Assembly: GCA_030704615.1 (NCBI GenBank)
Contig: CM060734.1
Coordinates: 59,520,001 to 59,584,000, forward strand
From: Takakia lepidozioides
Taxonomy: Eukaryota; Plantae; Bryophyta
Length of the DNA: 64,000 nucleotides
Direction: 5' to 3'
The notes under the pieces were generated by a model, which saw nothing but the letters and a program-made list of their open reading frames with translations, was not told where the DNA came from and made no database searches. The position numbers were made by a program, and so were the translations under genes. Shown here in pieces: positions 1 to 13,588 of the stretch. Within the stretch, counting starts at the first letter, position 1. Every line of letters begins with the position of its first letter.

Positions 1-3000
1 TATAAACTTCGTTGAACCTACATGCCTGATTAGATTTTCATGTCTGAACCTTAAAATTTTTTGCCATTGATACGCTCACCCGATCACCTACTCACCACCG
101 CTCATCCCCCCATCAACCATCTACAGATTATTGTATTCTACGTTGGCAACAATATAATGTCGTGGAAGAAAATTCATCGACGGGGATGATAGTTCATAGG
201 CTTGGGTACTAGGCCTAATCTACATGATTGTTTGTCTAAATATGAGTATGTTTTGGCAACACTTAGCAAATAGAGCAATGGATTCTCAGCCGTCTGCGTT
301 TTTCATGAGCTGCCTCTTTCTTCTTGTACTACTACAAGTCAACTCATCGGGCGCCACCAATGACTATAGCCATGATGGGACGAGACACACATTTGTGCTA
401 GATGCTTTAGTACCGAGACAGCTGATTGAGATCAATGCCAGGGAACATGGTGTATCCCTTGCTCAAGCTACTCTTGTTTCTAGTCCCAGTACTCCAGTCC
501 AGCTTCCAGTACTCTAGTCCAGTTTCCAGTATCTAGTACTCTAGTCCAGTCTCCAACATTCCAATATCCAAGTAGTTACAGTATCTTGTACTCTTGTCCA
601 TTGTTATAAAAATCATCTTGATTCGTGTATACCCATCATGCATTTAGCCACGCCGACCTTGACTTCTTGTCTAGTCTTGTACCTCTAGTCTGATCTCTTG
701 TTTGTGTTAAGTCATGCTCTCGTCCTTGACACTCTTCGCGTACTCTGGCAGTCTGCTGACTCTCGGTTGTTTGCTGACTAGTGGACTCCCTTGGTATGTT
801 AAACAAAATGATTGTGTGTGCTTGCACTGTGCAAGGGTAAGTCCGCTTAACAACATGCAGTGAATTGGTCACAAGTCTATAGCGAGTACTCCACACTACA
901 CTCATAATCGACCAATAAGATGTGTATGCAAAGTCATCTTTTATTTCGTTGCAATTGCTCAAAAACATGCTTACATGACAAATGCGTCTTGTGGTGCACC
1001 TCTAATCTCGGGCCCAGACGGATATCTATGAGGATATTGCTTTCTCAGCAGCGGCCAAACCAGTCAAGATGTGCTTAAGACACTGCATCCGTTGGCCAAG
1101 TGCAAACTTGAATGTAAACCAGTATTTCGTGAAAGGTACTCATTTCTCTGCCTTTTTAGAAGAGGTTCGACTATGCCCAGTTTGTAGCCATTCATAATAT
1201 CCTTGGATGAAGAATATGACGTAAAACCCACATTCCCAGTTGAATGGCTGTTCGGACACTTTAGGCTGGTTGAATTGAAATGCCCTAACCTCCTCCCAAC
1301 CCAGTGAATCAATACTGTAGCCTAAACACTTCGCATGCAGCTTCCATATCCATGACAAAACATATGGACAACCATGCAAAGACTCGATGGAGTTCATGTG
1401 AGTGTAGCAGCCTTTCCGCACGTCGATGACAACAACACTCTAGTGCCCCCTGCAAGACGATTCTCATGAGTCTCACGGTAGCAGTCCTCTCAGCAGACCA
1501 CTCCAACTGCCTCTCTAGCAGACTATACAGACTCGCAAGTAGGCTCGGTCTTGGTCCTAGTACACTCAGCCGACTCAGCAGACTCACAACTCAGTAGACT
1601 CAGCAAACTCATCACTCAGCAGACTCAGCATAATGAGCAGACTCAGCAGACTCGGCAGATTGAGCATACTCAAGAGAGTGGGCAGACCGAGCAGACTGTC
1701 CTCATTCAAAAGACTGGGCGGATTTGCCAGACTGAGCAGACTGAATGGATTCAACCAGCGAGAGCCCAGTGTGAACGGAGTGACGTCATTCAAAAGACTG
1801 GCCCGACAAAATAGACTGGGTATGCAAGATCTTACTCCTCCACAATCGGAACGATCATATGATGGCAGTCTTACCGCCGTCGCTGCATTTATTGCGTCCA
1901 ACATATTTAAACCTAATGACATAACGGCCGAACAGACCCACTGCAAACAAACTTGCGCAACAATATACTCATATGTCACTGCACGGACAGTCTAGTAGAC
2001 AGAAGGTTCAACAGACTGACGAAGAGACTGGCGTAGAATAATTTGCGCGACAACAGACTGATTTCTAACAGACTAATATTCCAAAAGACAAAGTATCCCC
2101 TAGGCGGCCGGGTGTTACGGGAGTAGAGGCTGAACCATAAACCGCACTTTCTGTCCAAGGTCGGACGCGGTGCAAGATCATTGGCGCCCCTCCCTGCCGT
2201 CGTTGCATTAATAAATCCAGCAGACTTACACGTGATCATAATGACAGCTCAACAGACCTAGCGCAAACAAACTTACGCCACAGCAGACTGACTTTGTCAC
2301 AGTCTTGCTGACTGATATCAGAAGAGACGGACATACCAGCAGTCCGGCGGCTCAGCAGACTCACGGCAATGCGGATAAATGTAGTAGTTAAACGGATTCA
2401 TATCCAAAGAGACGGACTTCCAGCTGACCGACGGTTCAACAGACTGACGAGAGAAAAGACTTCGGGGATAAGATGAGAGAAGAGACTTCGGGGATAAGAT
2501 GAGAGAAGAGACTTCGGATTTCCGCAGGCAGTGACGGCCCAGTAGTCCAGTGAAGAACAGACTTGCGCCACACCAGACTGGTATCCCTACAGACCAACAG
2601 TCCAGCAGACCAGACTGATATCCCATCAGAACCACGCTCGGCGTCGTCGTCATGCCGTGGTTGCATTTCATCCGTCCAGCAGACTTACATATGCCCATAC
2701 TCATAGCACAACACACTGCTTAGAGAAAGTACTGACAAAGACGCAGTCGAAGAGCCTGTTGATCCATGCGCATTTGCAGTCGTAAGGACCTCGAACATCC
2801 ACAAACAATGTGAATCCACATCTCTCTGGCTACGTCTCATTTCCCATTGTCCAATTTTCAAAGAGACGGTAGTGGTTGAGATATGATGTTTCAGGAGGTG
2901 CATCTGGATGTTTGAGGACCTTCAGACTGGATCCTGTTCCGTTCACACTCTCCGCAATTCCTAGACATGTGGTGGCAGAGACGTCATCCCCTGAACAGTC

Positions 3001-3832
3001 TCATCGGTGGACATAAATTCTGCAATGTATACACGCCCCCACGGACATATACTTCCGCGATTTCCGCTATCGTGTTACCAATGGTTTCCTGCTCCATACG
3101 AAGGAGCTCGGACTCGGACATACACCACAAATCGTAAACGCATGCAATTTTTCCACATATCGTCCTAAAAAATAAGCACGTCAGCACAAAACGAAGGCAA
3201 AAATAGTGGAAGCATATGCACGATGGTGGCTGTAGAGCCCCGCCAGCCCTCTCATGTTCAGGCACACCCTTCATCGTATTAAAATCGCCCTAAACAAGAA
3301 GAACAACTGCATGCGTGCAAAGTCAGCTCCGCAACATTGGACAACAAAGAGGCCCAAGAACGAGACAACAAGAACGAATGAGCGAGCTCGTGGCAGGATG
3401 TTATGATCTTCCATGCCCTAAACATGGATGCGCGGATGGGTTTTTCATAATGGACGATCCAGATCTTTCGGCCGGCGCGGACTGGCAGACTGACAGACTG
3501 GGGGACAGCAAACGGGCACATCGGACTGTTGGGTGGACTTGCGGGGACTGGCACAACGGACTGGCGTGCACAACGGACTGGCCAGCAGACTGGCGGTTTG
3601 GCGGACTGAGGGGAACTAGACTCACGGGCAGCGGACTGGCATGCGGACTGGCCGCGGCGGACGGGGGGCGCGGTGGAGCGCGGGCGGGCCTGCCGCGAGC
3701 GCGGCTAGTGGGCCACGACTGCCGGGGCGCGGCAGCAGCATGACAACCGCGCGCAACGGCGGCGGGTCCGGGTGGGGGAGTCATGCGTCCGTGCGCGGGG
3801 CCCACCGGTCAGCTCGCGCGTGCGCTATAACA
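1..3832. mobile_element. Degenerate DNA-transposon-like element (Ulp1-carrying, MULE/CACTA-like); left end outside window
   Basis: Dense CAGACT/GGACTG motifs over about 1500-3650, a TAGTCCAGT-type repeat at 478-600, a 27-bp tandem repeat at about 2451-2517 and a Ulp1 remnant. A very GC-rich end at 3600-3830 switches abruptly to AT-rich DNA. No TIR/TSD pair is visible. Confidence 0.5.
1140..1450 (-). pseudogene. Ulp1/SENP-like (peptidase C48) protease exon with in-frame stop
   Basis: Reads GH*SVVVIDVRKGCYTHMNSI...SEQPFNWECGFYVIFFIQ, matching the HW / hlDS / QxNxxDCG motifs. The Trp codon has become TAG at 1440-1442. A splice acceptor (tgcag) lies just upstream. Confidence 0.7.
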
Positions 3833-5153
3833 TCCCAATTATTGTAAAATGAGAGGCTAAAGATGATAGCTTCAGGATATATTAGCAAAAAGAAATCAAA
3901 CTAATCTACATAATAAGTTAGGTATCACCTACCTGAAGAAGGTCAGACAACAGGAAAGAGGCTTGGTCAGAAAGTCCCGGAAGGCAAGATGAAGCCGCCC
4001 CGTAACCTCTGTCCCATGGAAATGAAAATAGACGGAGCTTGAGCGTTTTGTAAAGCAAGAGAAACTCGTTCTCTAAAGAAGGCTAACTTACAAGAAGAAG
4101 AAGAAGAAGAGTGAAAGAAGCCGCCTTCTTCAACGACCAGCATCATTTGGTGGGCCCGCTAAAAAATTGTGCATACCCCTCATGCCTCATGGATAAGGCT
4201 GTAACTTTTTATCCCCAATTATCCATATGGATGAACATTATACTTATGTGCATATCTACTACATCCATATCCTGTACCTGTACATCCACATCCATACCAC
4301 TTTGACCAGTGCATTTGGGAGATTATAACAAAGTAATCTGCCTTGATTTGGCATTTTGATAAATTTTGAGCCCTAGATGTTATTTCCAAGATTGCCCATT
4401 TGGCCTGCCACGTGGGCAGGTCAACGGTTTTGGACACTGGATTCCAAATCCCCGGGCACTTTGAAAAACAATTCCAAGGCCTCTGTCCCGGCCCTGTTCT
4501 TGAAAAAAAAAGAAAAAAGAAAAACATTATAGGGATTGCTGCAGAGCTTCTATTATTTTAGGGCGCTGTAAATTCTCACACGTGTTTCTCCCTAACCTGC
4601 ACACTTTATATTCAGGATCACTTCCATCCACTCTCATCCACGAAAGTTGGATTGTGGCATTATAGGGTTGAATGGACGATCAGGGTTGAAGCACCCTGCC
4701 CACCACACATGGCGTTGCCTTCATATCGCGACGTTCAACACCAAAAGTCGTTGGATTGTCGGATGGAATCCGGTCAGTTTGTCGGCACGGTCTTCCAGAC
4801 GAGGACTTCGCTGAATTCTGTGGCCACTTCGGAGATGCTGTTGTAGTCTCAGTAATAAATTCTGCTCTGTTAAGTCTCTGGAGGTTAAACTCTTGTTTCT
4901 TCTATTTCACAAGAGTAAATTCTACCTGTCCTCTCTGGACCTGCGGCGTCTTCTTCTTCTGAAGTAACACAACACAAGATCCATCGCACCAAAGGCTGTT
5001 GAGTTACCCAATTTCGTTCAGGGATTCGAGGATTGAGTCATATGAGGAGAGGCCAGAATTTTCTCAAGTGGGTTTGAAAGGCGGAGTCTGGAGACCGACC
5101 TATTGTTGAATTGCAGTTGCTTGGAGGACTCAGAAGAGAAGATTGTTTCTCAC

Positions 5154-5934
5154 ATGGCTAGCATCTGGTCCCCAAATATCGGTCCAAACATGGGGAGTGG
5201 GAAACCACATCCCAATATACATGTCAAACAACTCATTAAGTCTGCGAGAAAGGTTTCAATATTCGTGAACCAACAACTTCCGTTAATTGCCCTTGGAGGT
5301 GGTGCGGGTGCGGTGGTTGGAGTCATGTCATGGTGTCTTAAGCAAAGAGACTGCATGATTGTGAATCTTTCCAGACAGCTTGAGACGAGCCAACAGGAGA
5401 GGGCCGAGCTCAAACAACGTCTGATTCTGGAGCAGGAGGACCTCCAACAAAAGCTCATTGAAATTGCCAGTCTTAAGGAGAAGACCGCCAGGGACATTCT
5501 GAAGCCGCATACCTCCTCTTCATACGGTAATCTGGTGCATTTAAGCCTTGCTTTTTCTGCAGCATTCTCTCCTTCACGGTTTTGTTCTCTTTGTTTTGTT
5601 TCTTCTTTCGGGGAGGAGGGTTCAATCAACCACATTTCCCGGGCTCTGCCAACCTCCACCCCACTGTCAGAACCAGAAGGACTTCTCCTGGCCCCTCAGG
5701 CATGAAATTCAAATTGGGGTGATTGCATACTTAGCAAAACACTGCAATGTTACAGGCAATGAAGGAAGAGGTGAAGATGGAGGTGCAAGTGAAGATATAG
5801 TGGATGTTGGAGATGAAGGTGCATGCAGTCAAGGGAGGCATCACCAAAGCTTGCATGAACAGGGGACACCCACACAAATGCAAGTGAGGGATCTATGTTC
5901 ACAGGAAGCCCAACACAATTTGGTAGCAGACTGA
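5154..5934 (+). CDS. Hypothetical ~183-aa protein with a hydrophobic Gly-rich segment and coiled coil; 2 exons (5154-5526, 5756-5934)
   Basis: A GT-AG intron at 5527-5755 joins two ORFs in frame (SSYG|NEGRG...). Contains LPLIALGGGAGAVVGVMSW followed by a Q/E/L heptad stretch. No family recognised. Confidence 0.5.
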
Positions 5935-6774
5935 AGGACTTGGGGTGTTGGTGTATGTGATCAGTCTGCTCTAGAGACTCTGTCTGCCATCATATTCCTT
6001 AGTGTAAGTTTCATACCCTGAAGTACTAGAGTCTCTCTTTTTGTTTGAACCTCAGCTTGCTGGTTGCATCCTCACACACTGTATCTCCAGAGGTTTGAGT
6101 GGGCCTCCCTTTCTTCAGTAATAGATCTGAAACCTATTTAACACCATTGGCAACACGACCTCCGTCTGGGGATGATTCTGGCCTTATGTACATCTTTAGC
6201 CAATTGTCTGTAGACCATACACCTAATGGTGAAACCCTCAAACCTATCCCCCTAAGAAGCAGAGTTTAACATTGCGGGCAAGTCCACATCGTATATTCGA
6301 ACGAGAGAGGTCAGATGGAGGAAAACTTCTGAGTTAATAGCGTTGCATGGTTTGCAACTAAACTAAGACTGTACACACCTCCAGTTTTGAATAAGAGCCT
6401 CCCATGGGCAAGATCCTTGTTGTTGGTGGCTGTTAGGTGCCTTTTGAAGGCTTTACCTCTGGTGCTTTAAAAAAGTTATGTTCTCCACTTAAGATTTCAG
6501 TGCAAATATGATGAGTGATGTCTTGTCATTTCCCACCATGATAGAAACAAGCCCAACAGGGAAGTGCTACAGCTATTCTTTTGTAAGTCCGCCCCAAGAT
6601 TTCCCTCCATGGATGTGCAGAGGGATGAAGCTGAGATTCCGAAGACAAAACTAATTGCAAATGCCAGTCTGGAATCGCAAAAGGATTTTCTTTCCACAGG
6701 CATGTGAAATACATCTTTCTACAAAGCCCCTAGGGGGAATGGTGAACCGTCACAGAGATTGGGCCTCGCAGGAC

Positions 6775-9294
6775 CTAAAATATCCAGGAAACCTCATGTT
6801 TGTAGACCAATGTTTCGGCAACACCTGTGATGCCTATCTCAGAAATCCCAGGGCAACCTTCCACACACTAAGTCGAAAGCTTGTTGGACCCAACCAGAGA
6901 TGCGAAGCCCAAGTCAGTGATGCCTAGACACCGGAACAAACGGAGCTCACACAAGTTTGATTGGCCTACAAACTGAATTCCTTCATCGCTCACTTCCTGG
7001 CACTGTACCAACTGCAGTGTCCGTAACGATTCAGATGCACAAACTGCCTGCAGAATGAAGCTATAAAGTTAGAGCATGACAAGGTTCAACTGATAAAGAC
7101 GCTCCCAGCTTAGTAATTTCAAGCCTTTGAATAAATTTCCTTTAACTGGGACATGGATGGACCTTTTGTGACATATTGATATAACTGTTCCGTGACCAAT
7201 CCTTGTCTATGATGTGGAATTTGGAATATTGACCACTACCAAGAGGTAAGGACAGCGGAAGAGGTTCTTGCCTGCATGCCTGTGTCAGTGAAGGAATAGG
7301 CCCGGTCCAACACTAGCACCCGTAACAGTGGGCACCACTGGACCAAGGCCAGAATCCCCACCCCTGTGAATGATGAGAAGAGAGGAAAATTCCCATCTGC
7401 AAAGCTGATAGCAACTTCCTCCAACTGCAAACAATGTTCTGCTATGCACTTGAGGCTTGTATCGGTCAGCCGTGGTGCCTCGCCTTGCCTTGCAACCACG
7501 GAAAAATTAGAGGGGACCCTCAAGGAAAGTGATCGAAGTTGAGTGCATCTCATTGCTAGGGGCACTAAATCTACATCGCGAACCCCAACACACATGTCCA
7601 GGGAGAGCCTTGTGAGAACTTGGCAATGATTGAACACCTGCACCATCACACATCAAGCATATACCCATGTTAGCAAATCAGCTCCGTAGACCTACACATC
7701 CAGATACTAGAGCTGCAGTCTTTCTTGGGGGCATGGCTCACTTCTGTAGTAGTGGTACCTTCCTACCTGACTGTCATTGATGTCCAACACCCGCCAAGAG
7801 CTAGTCACTGGCCCAATTTTCTCCAAAAACACTACTACACAGAGAAGTCATCATATATGAAGGCCAACCTCCAAGGTGACACACAAGAAGAGCTTGCCAA
7901 CTATGGACAGTTTTTAGGTGAAAGTTTTACAAAAGGTGCGGGAAAGACGAGTCCTTGCCCAAACCACACCTTCCACATGAAGACAAGCCATAACAGTAGC
8001 CAAATAGGGTCAGCAGGAGGGAGAGTACCTCCCACCACATTGACCTCTCCAAAGACTTGGCCAGTCAAACAATTAATGGCGAGAACATGCACACACAACA
8101 TATACAAGTGGGAGTTCATACGTGAGCCAAGCCCTGGCCAGGGATTGCTACGCAGTTGGTGAGACTCAACACTCTGAGTGCCTTGCAAATAGGATCTTGT
8201 AGCTGACTGTGGCTATCCTTAGCCACAAACACCTCCATATACCGCTGTGTTGGATCCACCTCAAAATAGAACTCTTGCAATCGCCTCCAGCCATTTCCGA
8301 GCTTTGCAACATCTCCTTCCCCTATCCCTTTGCAGTGCTTGATAGACAGGTACTCCAAATTGCCTTTGCGGCCCAATAATTCCAGCCACTCCATGCTCTT
8401 CACTTGCATGCAGCGCGTCAGCTGCAGTGTAGTGATGCCCTGACATCCTGACACTAAAGACAGAAGGCCGCGCCCTGACAACCACATGGCAAGTTACCAT
8501 TGGACATCAGTTTGGACACACCAAGAGATTTCTAACAATTATGACAATAATCGAGACCTGGATTGAGTCTACAGAATCTTCAAGTTACAAAATTAGTCAG
8601 CAGCTGTCTGCATTTAAGGTGATTGCATATAGCCTAATTTACAAGACCTTCAGGGATGTCGAATGCCCAGCTATCTCCAAATCAACAAATAAATAAAAGA
8701 ACTGTATGTTGTGTTAAGTTGATGAGAAAGGGCAGCTGGATCTGCACTTGACAAGGTTTTGCCATAGGAGATCTTAGCCTCCCAATGGTATTCCTGCTTC
8801 TCCCAAAAGAACAGTCCTTTATGTTTTGAGGAAATCTTCATATACTAGCATCCACAATTCTTCTTGCAGTGATCGGCATACCTGTTATTCCAGGGATGAA
8901 ATTGAGATGCAGAGTTCTCAGCTTCGCCCCAAAATTGGCTAGTTTTGCAAATCCTGGATCTCGAATGACGCCACAAAAGCTAAGTGTCAAAATTGGTCAG
9001 CGCCCTGCATTCTGAGCCTAAGATGAAGAGGCCTTCGTCATCAATCTGTTCGCCATCGTTCGACAGCCATCCAGATTAGGTGATCTCAACAGTGGTCAAC
9101 TGTGGAAACCTTTTGCAGAGAGAGGATAGGGCGTTGCTTGCAGGATGCAATCCACAGCCTACTTTCAGATAGCTTCGCTGCGCACGTTCCATCTCATAGA
9201 ACCGCCTACACACCAGTGCCAAGCAGTTCCTCTCCATAGTGCTCCTCACGCGGGCCATTATTTCCCACAGCACCTCATCTGGAAGAGCCTCCAT
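6775..9294 (-). pseudogene. FBL14: F-box/LRR-repeat protein 14-like (FBL14 type), 4 exons, disabled
   Basis: F-box MEALPDEVLWEI...LKVGCGLHPASNALSSLCKRFP followed by LRRs to ...YKHEVSWIF*. Exons 9294-8882, 8474-8122, 7637-7272, 7047-6775, with a GC-AG donor at 7271. Lesions: TAA at 9078-9076, +1 frameshift at 8989-8992, TAG at 6870-6868. Confidence 0.85.
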
Positions 9295-10889
9295 TGTATC
9301 CTCTCCTTCTTGCCCTAAGAGATACAACGCACCTTTCTCATCTACTTCATGTTTGAATTCCATTGACTGCCTGAATTGATATAATCCACCTCATGGATCG
9401 TCCATGCTTCTTCCTCCTCAAAATCCTTAACCACATCTACCCTGCTGTTTCTTAGATCTCCACATGATTGACATATTTGCACTAAGAAACAATATCGGAT
9501 TGGAATCTCATGATAAGAAACATCTAATCCTCCAATGCCCTTCTACACAATCTTTGCCGTCAAGTACTTACAACAGTCCACGGCTTCTGCTCGCTGTAAT
9601 TTTGTCTCACCAAGACGTCTGTACAGTGAAATCAATTCACCAAATCTAAGGGAATTCTGAACCCAAGTCACAATATAATATACCCATCAGGATCCAAAAA
9701 ATCCTACTCTATTCACTCAGCTTACCATCACCTCTAGTTCTGAATTCCTTCCGATCAAGTCCAACGATGTTGCAAACCTCATCTTTAGTCTTTTCCAACT
9801 GCACCTCCTCCGATTCGTGACATCTATTCCTGAAATCTATCCGACCACACTCATCAAACCAAATGACGGTGCGCAATTCATCTGAACACTAATACAGTTA
9901 TCGAAACACATCTTATCGGAGTCCCATAATAGATTGTTGAATACTTACTTCAATCTAGATTGGGGAAGGTTGTTTATGATTGTGCTTTGAATGCAATGTC
10001 ACTCATGGTGGAGGGCCGTTTATAGAGGACATGTCATTTTCCTTTGTCTTTGTTTTGGGGGTCGTGTGTGAAGATAGCCTAGGGCAAGGGTCAAGGGAAT
10101 AGATATGTGTGAAGATTAGGGCATGGAATTAAGGGCAATAAGTTCAACCCATGAGAGTCATGGGCACCCACGAAATCGCTTCTCATTGAACAATATTAGC
10201 GTCTGCCGGCGTGTGGCAGAGGGGGCCCCTACCGGACCCGGCCAGTCTGCTGTTGGGTCTGCCCGCAAGCTAGTCTACTGGGAACCACAATATACTTAGT
10301 CGCAGATAGGAACCAAATAAATGAGTCATTGTAGTGTTGCAGCTCGTAAGGAGGAGAGGGGTTAACCTTCCCTGAAATGTAACAGAAAACCCTGATAGAG
10401 TAGTGCTTGACATCAGCTGGTAAAAGATAAGGTCTTGGGTTAACAGGCTGCCATCAGAGGAAACACTGAAGCAAATACCAGAGAAAGAGCCTTGGGACAG
10501 GAAAACAGCATGCATGGCTAGAAGCCTAGAGCCCAGGGAGAAGCCCAACCAATGAGGGAGGACAATACAGTCTGGCTGAGAAAGAAGAGCAGTCCAGGAA
10601 GCCGGGAGCCTTGCCCATCACAGAGTCCCAACCAAGATTAACCCTTCTCAGCGAAAGGCCCTGAGCTGCTGAGGCCTTCGGAATGAGAGAAGCAGAATTG
10701 GGATGGCGAAGATGGGATAACCCGGAATTTTCCCAATGAGCCCAGCGCTTAGAACAAGGGATGAGCTCCTCAGAGTCTCTGTTATAATTGGCAAAGAGAG
10801 GTTGTCTCAAGACCTCGCCAAAGGAGGTAGGTTGAGTTTGGAACAAGAAGGGGTGTAATTTATACCAAGCAACCCACCATATATAAAAT

Positions 10890-11363
10890 GAAAGCGACGC
10901 CATAGCGTTGCCAAAACCCACGCACGGGCGTGGCGGAGCTCGACTCTTGCTCATGCTGTTTTTTTTTGCCACACCCAATAGTCGCTTGGCGTACCACCCG
11001 GCTTACGCCACGTGTTTTTGGGTTTTAGGATGGGACTCCCGGGCAAGTTAGAAAAAAAAGGGGATGCGACGCCGAGCTCACGCCCACACCAACGCCGTCG
11101 GCTGGAGGGCCGCGACGGCGAGACGTCGCTCGAAGGAGGCCCCTGCCATTGGCCCGGACGGCCTGAAAAGCGACGTCCGGCAGTCGCGGGAGTTGGGGCG
11201 GGGGCTCGCGACCCCCATATGACGCATTTTTGCGACGTCATTTTGGCGACGCCCATGCGACTGCCGGGCGTCGCAAATTCTGCGCCTGCCGCGTGCCCGA
11301 AAAGGGCGTTTTCCCGACGCGGCGTGGCTCAGGCGTCGCAGAGGCCCCCCTTTTCCTGTAGAG
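10890..11363. mobile_element. CACTA (En/Spm) terminal remnant
   Basis: Ends TTTTCCTGTAGAG, whose reverse complement CTCTACAGGAAAA resembles the CACTACAAGAAAA TIR. It is preceded by GC-rich subterminal GCGACGCC/GGCGTCGC motifs in both orientations. The other end was not found. Confidence 0.6.
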
Positions 11364-13138
11364 ACTTATGAGAGACCTTTCTAACAAGATCTTTAACTAC
11401 CCTACCATATGTATAAGGGTTTACTTACACGTGTATAAGTAAACGACAACTGAGATTTTGATGAAATAGTGCACGTCTCTGGATGACATCTTTGAGCAGG
11501 GCTCTATACTTCGTATCTTGCTCAATAACAGTGTGAGACAAGAGTATAAGGGTTTAGTCACTGTTTGCGTCTCAGCCTGCAGCTCATATCATATACGCAC
11601 GATCGGAAATGACCCCACAGCAGACATTCAACCCCATGGCGTGTCACACCTACTAGAGTGTGTGTTGCAGATTTGACCACGTCCATAGGAGGACGGATAC
11701 GCACAGATAGGTAAGAGGCTCTACAAGTCATGTAACTCTTGCATGAAGGTAGTTATAAATTTCCTAAGCCAAAAAACTTGTAAGTCCTTGATAGATGTAA
11801 CGTAGGTAGTTTGGGCCCCACTATTCCACCAACCTCATTGCGACGAGGCCACAAAAAATTTAGAGGCATTTGTAGACTTCAAATTTGTGAACGAGTCAGA
11901 GTAGTAAGATAGAGCTTATGACATGACCCTGCCTGCTACTCCCTAAAGTTGGATAGGGGAGCAAGGAGAACAGCAAGGCCTGCTCAGTGGGACGCGGGAG
12001 CAAGGAGGAAACCGGACATGGAACATGGGAGCATGCCCAACTTCATAGGGGGGCGGGAGAGTAGAGCAGCAAGTGGGAACAGGGAAGCGGACCGGGGATC
12101 TACATCTTACGATTATTTGTGAGATGACAAAAGATTTTCAATTGGTCTAGTATTGAATCCACCCTGACCATCCCTCCCATTACAGCGGGCCCCACCGGTT
12201 ATGCTTGAATTCCAGTCATTGGGTAACCGTAAGTCTTCTGAAGCACGATAAGGGCCAATGAAGGCAAGGCATGTAATAGAAGAGGTTTCCGTGTAAAGAA
12301 GGAAGCAGGTAGAGCATGATCCGGATTCCACTCTGCTTTGTTCATCTTTGACATTTAGACGGTGTGGAACACTGTTGCAAGTGTCCAATAAGACATTTCT
12401 GACAATGGAGTAGAAACGTCGCCAGCCACTTTGTGAGGAAATAAAAATTGTGGGACTGACATCTGAGGTGTCGCGCACAGACAAATTGAGATCAAGTTTG
12501 CTCAAAAGATGATCCTGCACACAAATCAGGGCCACCTTTGTTTATTTTGAAGGTAACCACCAGATAGATGATGCTGACAGAACAAGACCAAGCTTCCAGC
12601 CTTTCTCCAATAGAAAAAAGGAGTACAATAATCTGAAAACTGACTATCTGGGACCTTGTCAAGCCAAGACCCTGCTAGGTTAATACATGCTATAATTACT
12701 ATTCCAACCTGAATTCTGACAGAGGAGGCATTTGGACTACCCGGAAGAGAAAATTCAATGTGAGTTTGACAAACTGTGAAGATACCATTTTCAGTGTCAT
12801 CGGCTACATGAAGAGATGAAATGGCTTACTGAATGTCCATAAAGTGCTCCCTCCAAGTTGCCACCCAGCCATTGTTGCACGCACATTAGATTACATAGCT
12901 TTTTCAGCAACACTAGCATTGAACACACTTTTACCGTCAAGAAGAAATAGGAGACTTGTAAGCATCCTTGAACAATCTGCAATTGCAGTGAAGCAGCAGT
13001 TGTCCCACCCAGACCTGATGGGCACCAAGGTTTGGTAAGTGAAACAACCTGATGACACATTTTTTCACTGGATCAAATATATATTTGAATACAGGCCAAC
13101 ATTATGTAGGTGTACACATAACAGAGCTTATAACCCAC

Positions 13139-13588
13139 TGGCAGTGGAATGGCCTCGGTCTTTAGCAAGGCTGGCCTCGTGTTCCACCACAGTAGCCTCG
13201 TGGACCACAACATCTGCCCCCTTGGCTGCAAACCTGCAGCGACCGTGAGTCGCAAGTGTCCCTGAGAATCACTGCGCACAAGCATAATTAATTGAAGTTA
13301 AATTGCACAGAGATAAGGATGCAGTGAGCCTTGAGCTCCCCTCCTACTACGTTGTCCATACTTATTCTAATCTTATACAACTAGAAGTAAGGTCTACTAA
13401 GGGGCTTTGTTGAGGGTTGGGGACTTGCAAGGTTCCTTTTGCACACAACTAGCAGACATAGCATCCAAAGCCAAAATACATCAACAGTTCCTCATGGCAG
13501 GAGAGAAGCAAAAATCTAGGTATAAAGAAAAGGACATACCCACTTTACGCCCTCTTGGTGGAGGGCCTAGCACATCTTCTGGCTTGAC
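13139..13588 (-). pseudogene. Bacterial-type short RNase Z (tRNase Z/RNase BN) C-terminal fragment, 2 exons
   Basis: Exon 13588-13540 reads VKPEDVLGPPPRGRKV (end of the flexible arm). Exon 13281-13139 reads VILRDTCDS..(+1 frameshift)..AAKGADVVVHEATVVEHEASLAKDRGHSTA, with the HEAT and HST motifs; GDT has become RDT. No HxHxDH exon was found. Confidence 0.75.

Noticed and set aside
6868-9078. RNA editing rescuing the FBL14 stops
   Set aside because: This is a nuclear gene, the needed changes (TAA>TAC, TAG>TTG) are not C/U edits, and a frameshift is also present.
10197-10274. GC-rich patch ending CTAGT as a Helitron 3' end
   Set aside because: The hairpin is imperfect and there is no 5' end or second copy.
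11925-12100. Possible MITE (partial inverted repeats, purine-rich)
   Set aside because: No clean TIR or TSD.
12113-13060. ORFs as further RNase Z exons
   Set aside because: The expected LILTHFSxRY motif was not found in the frames examined.
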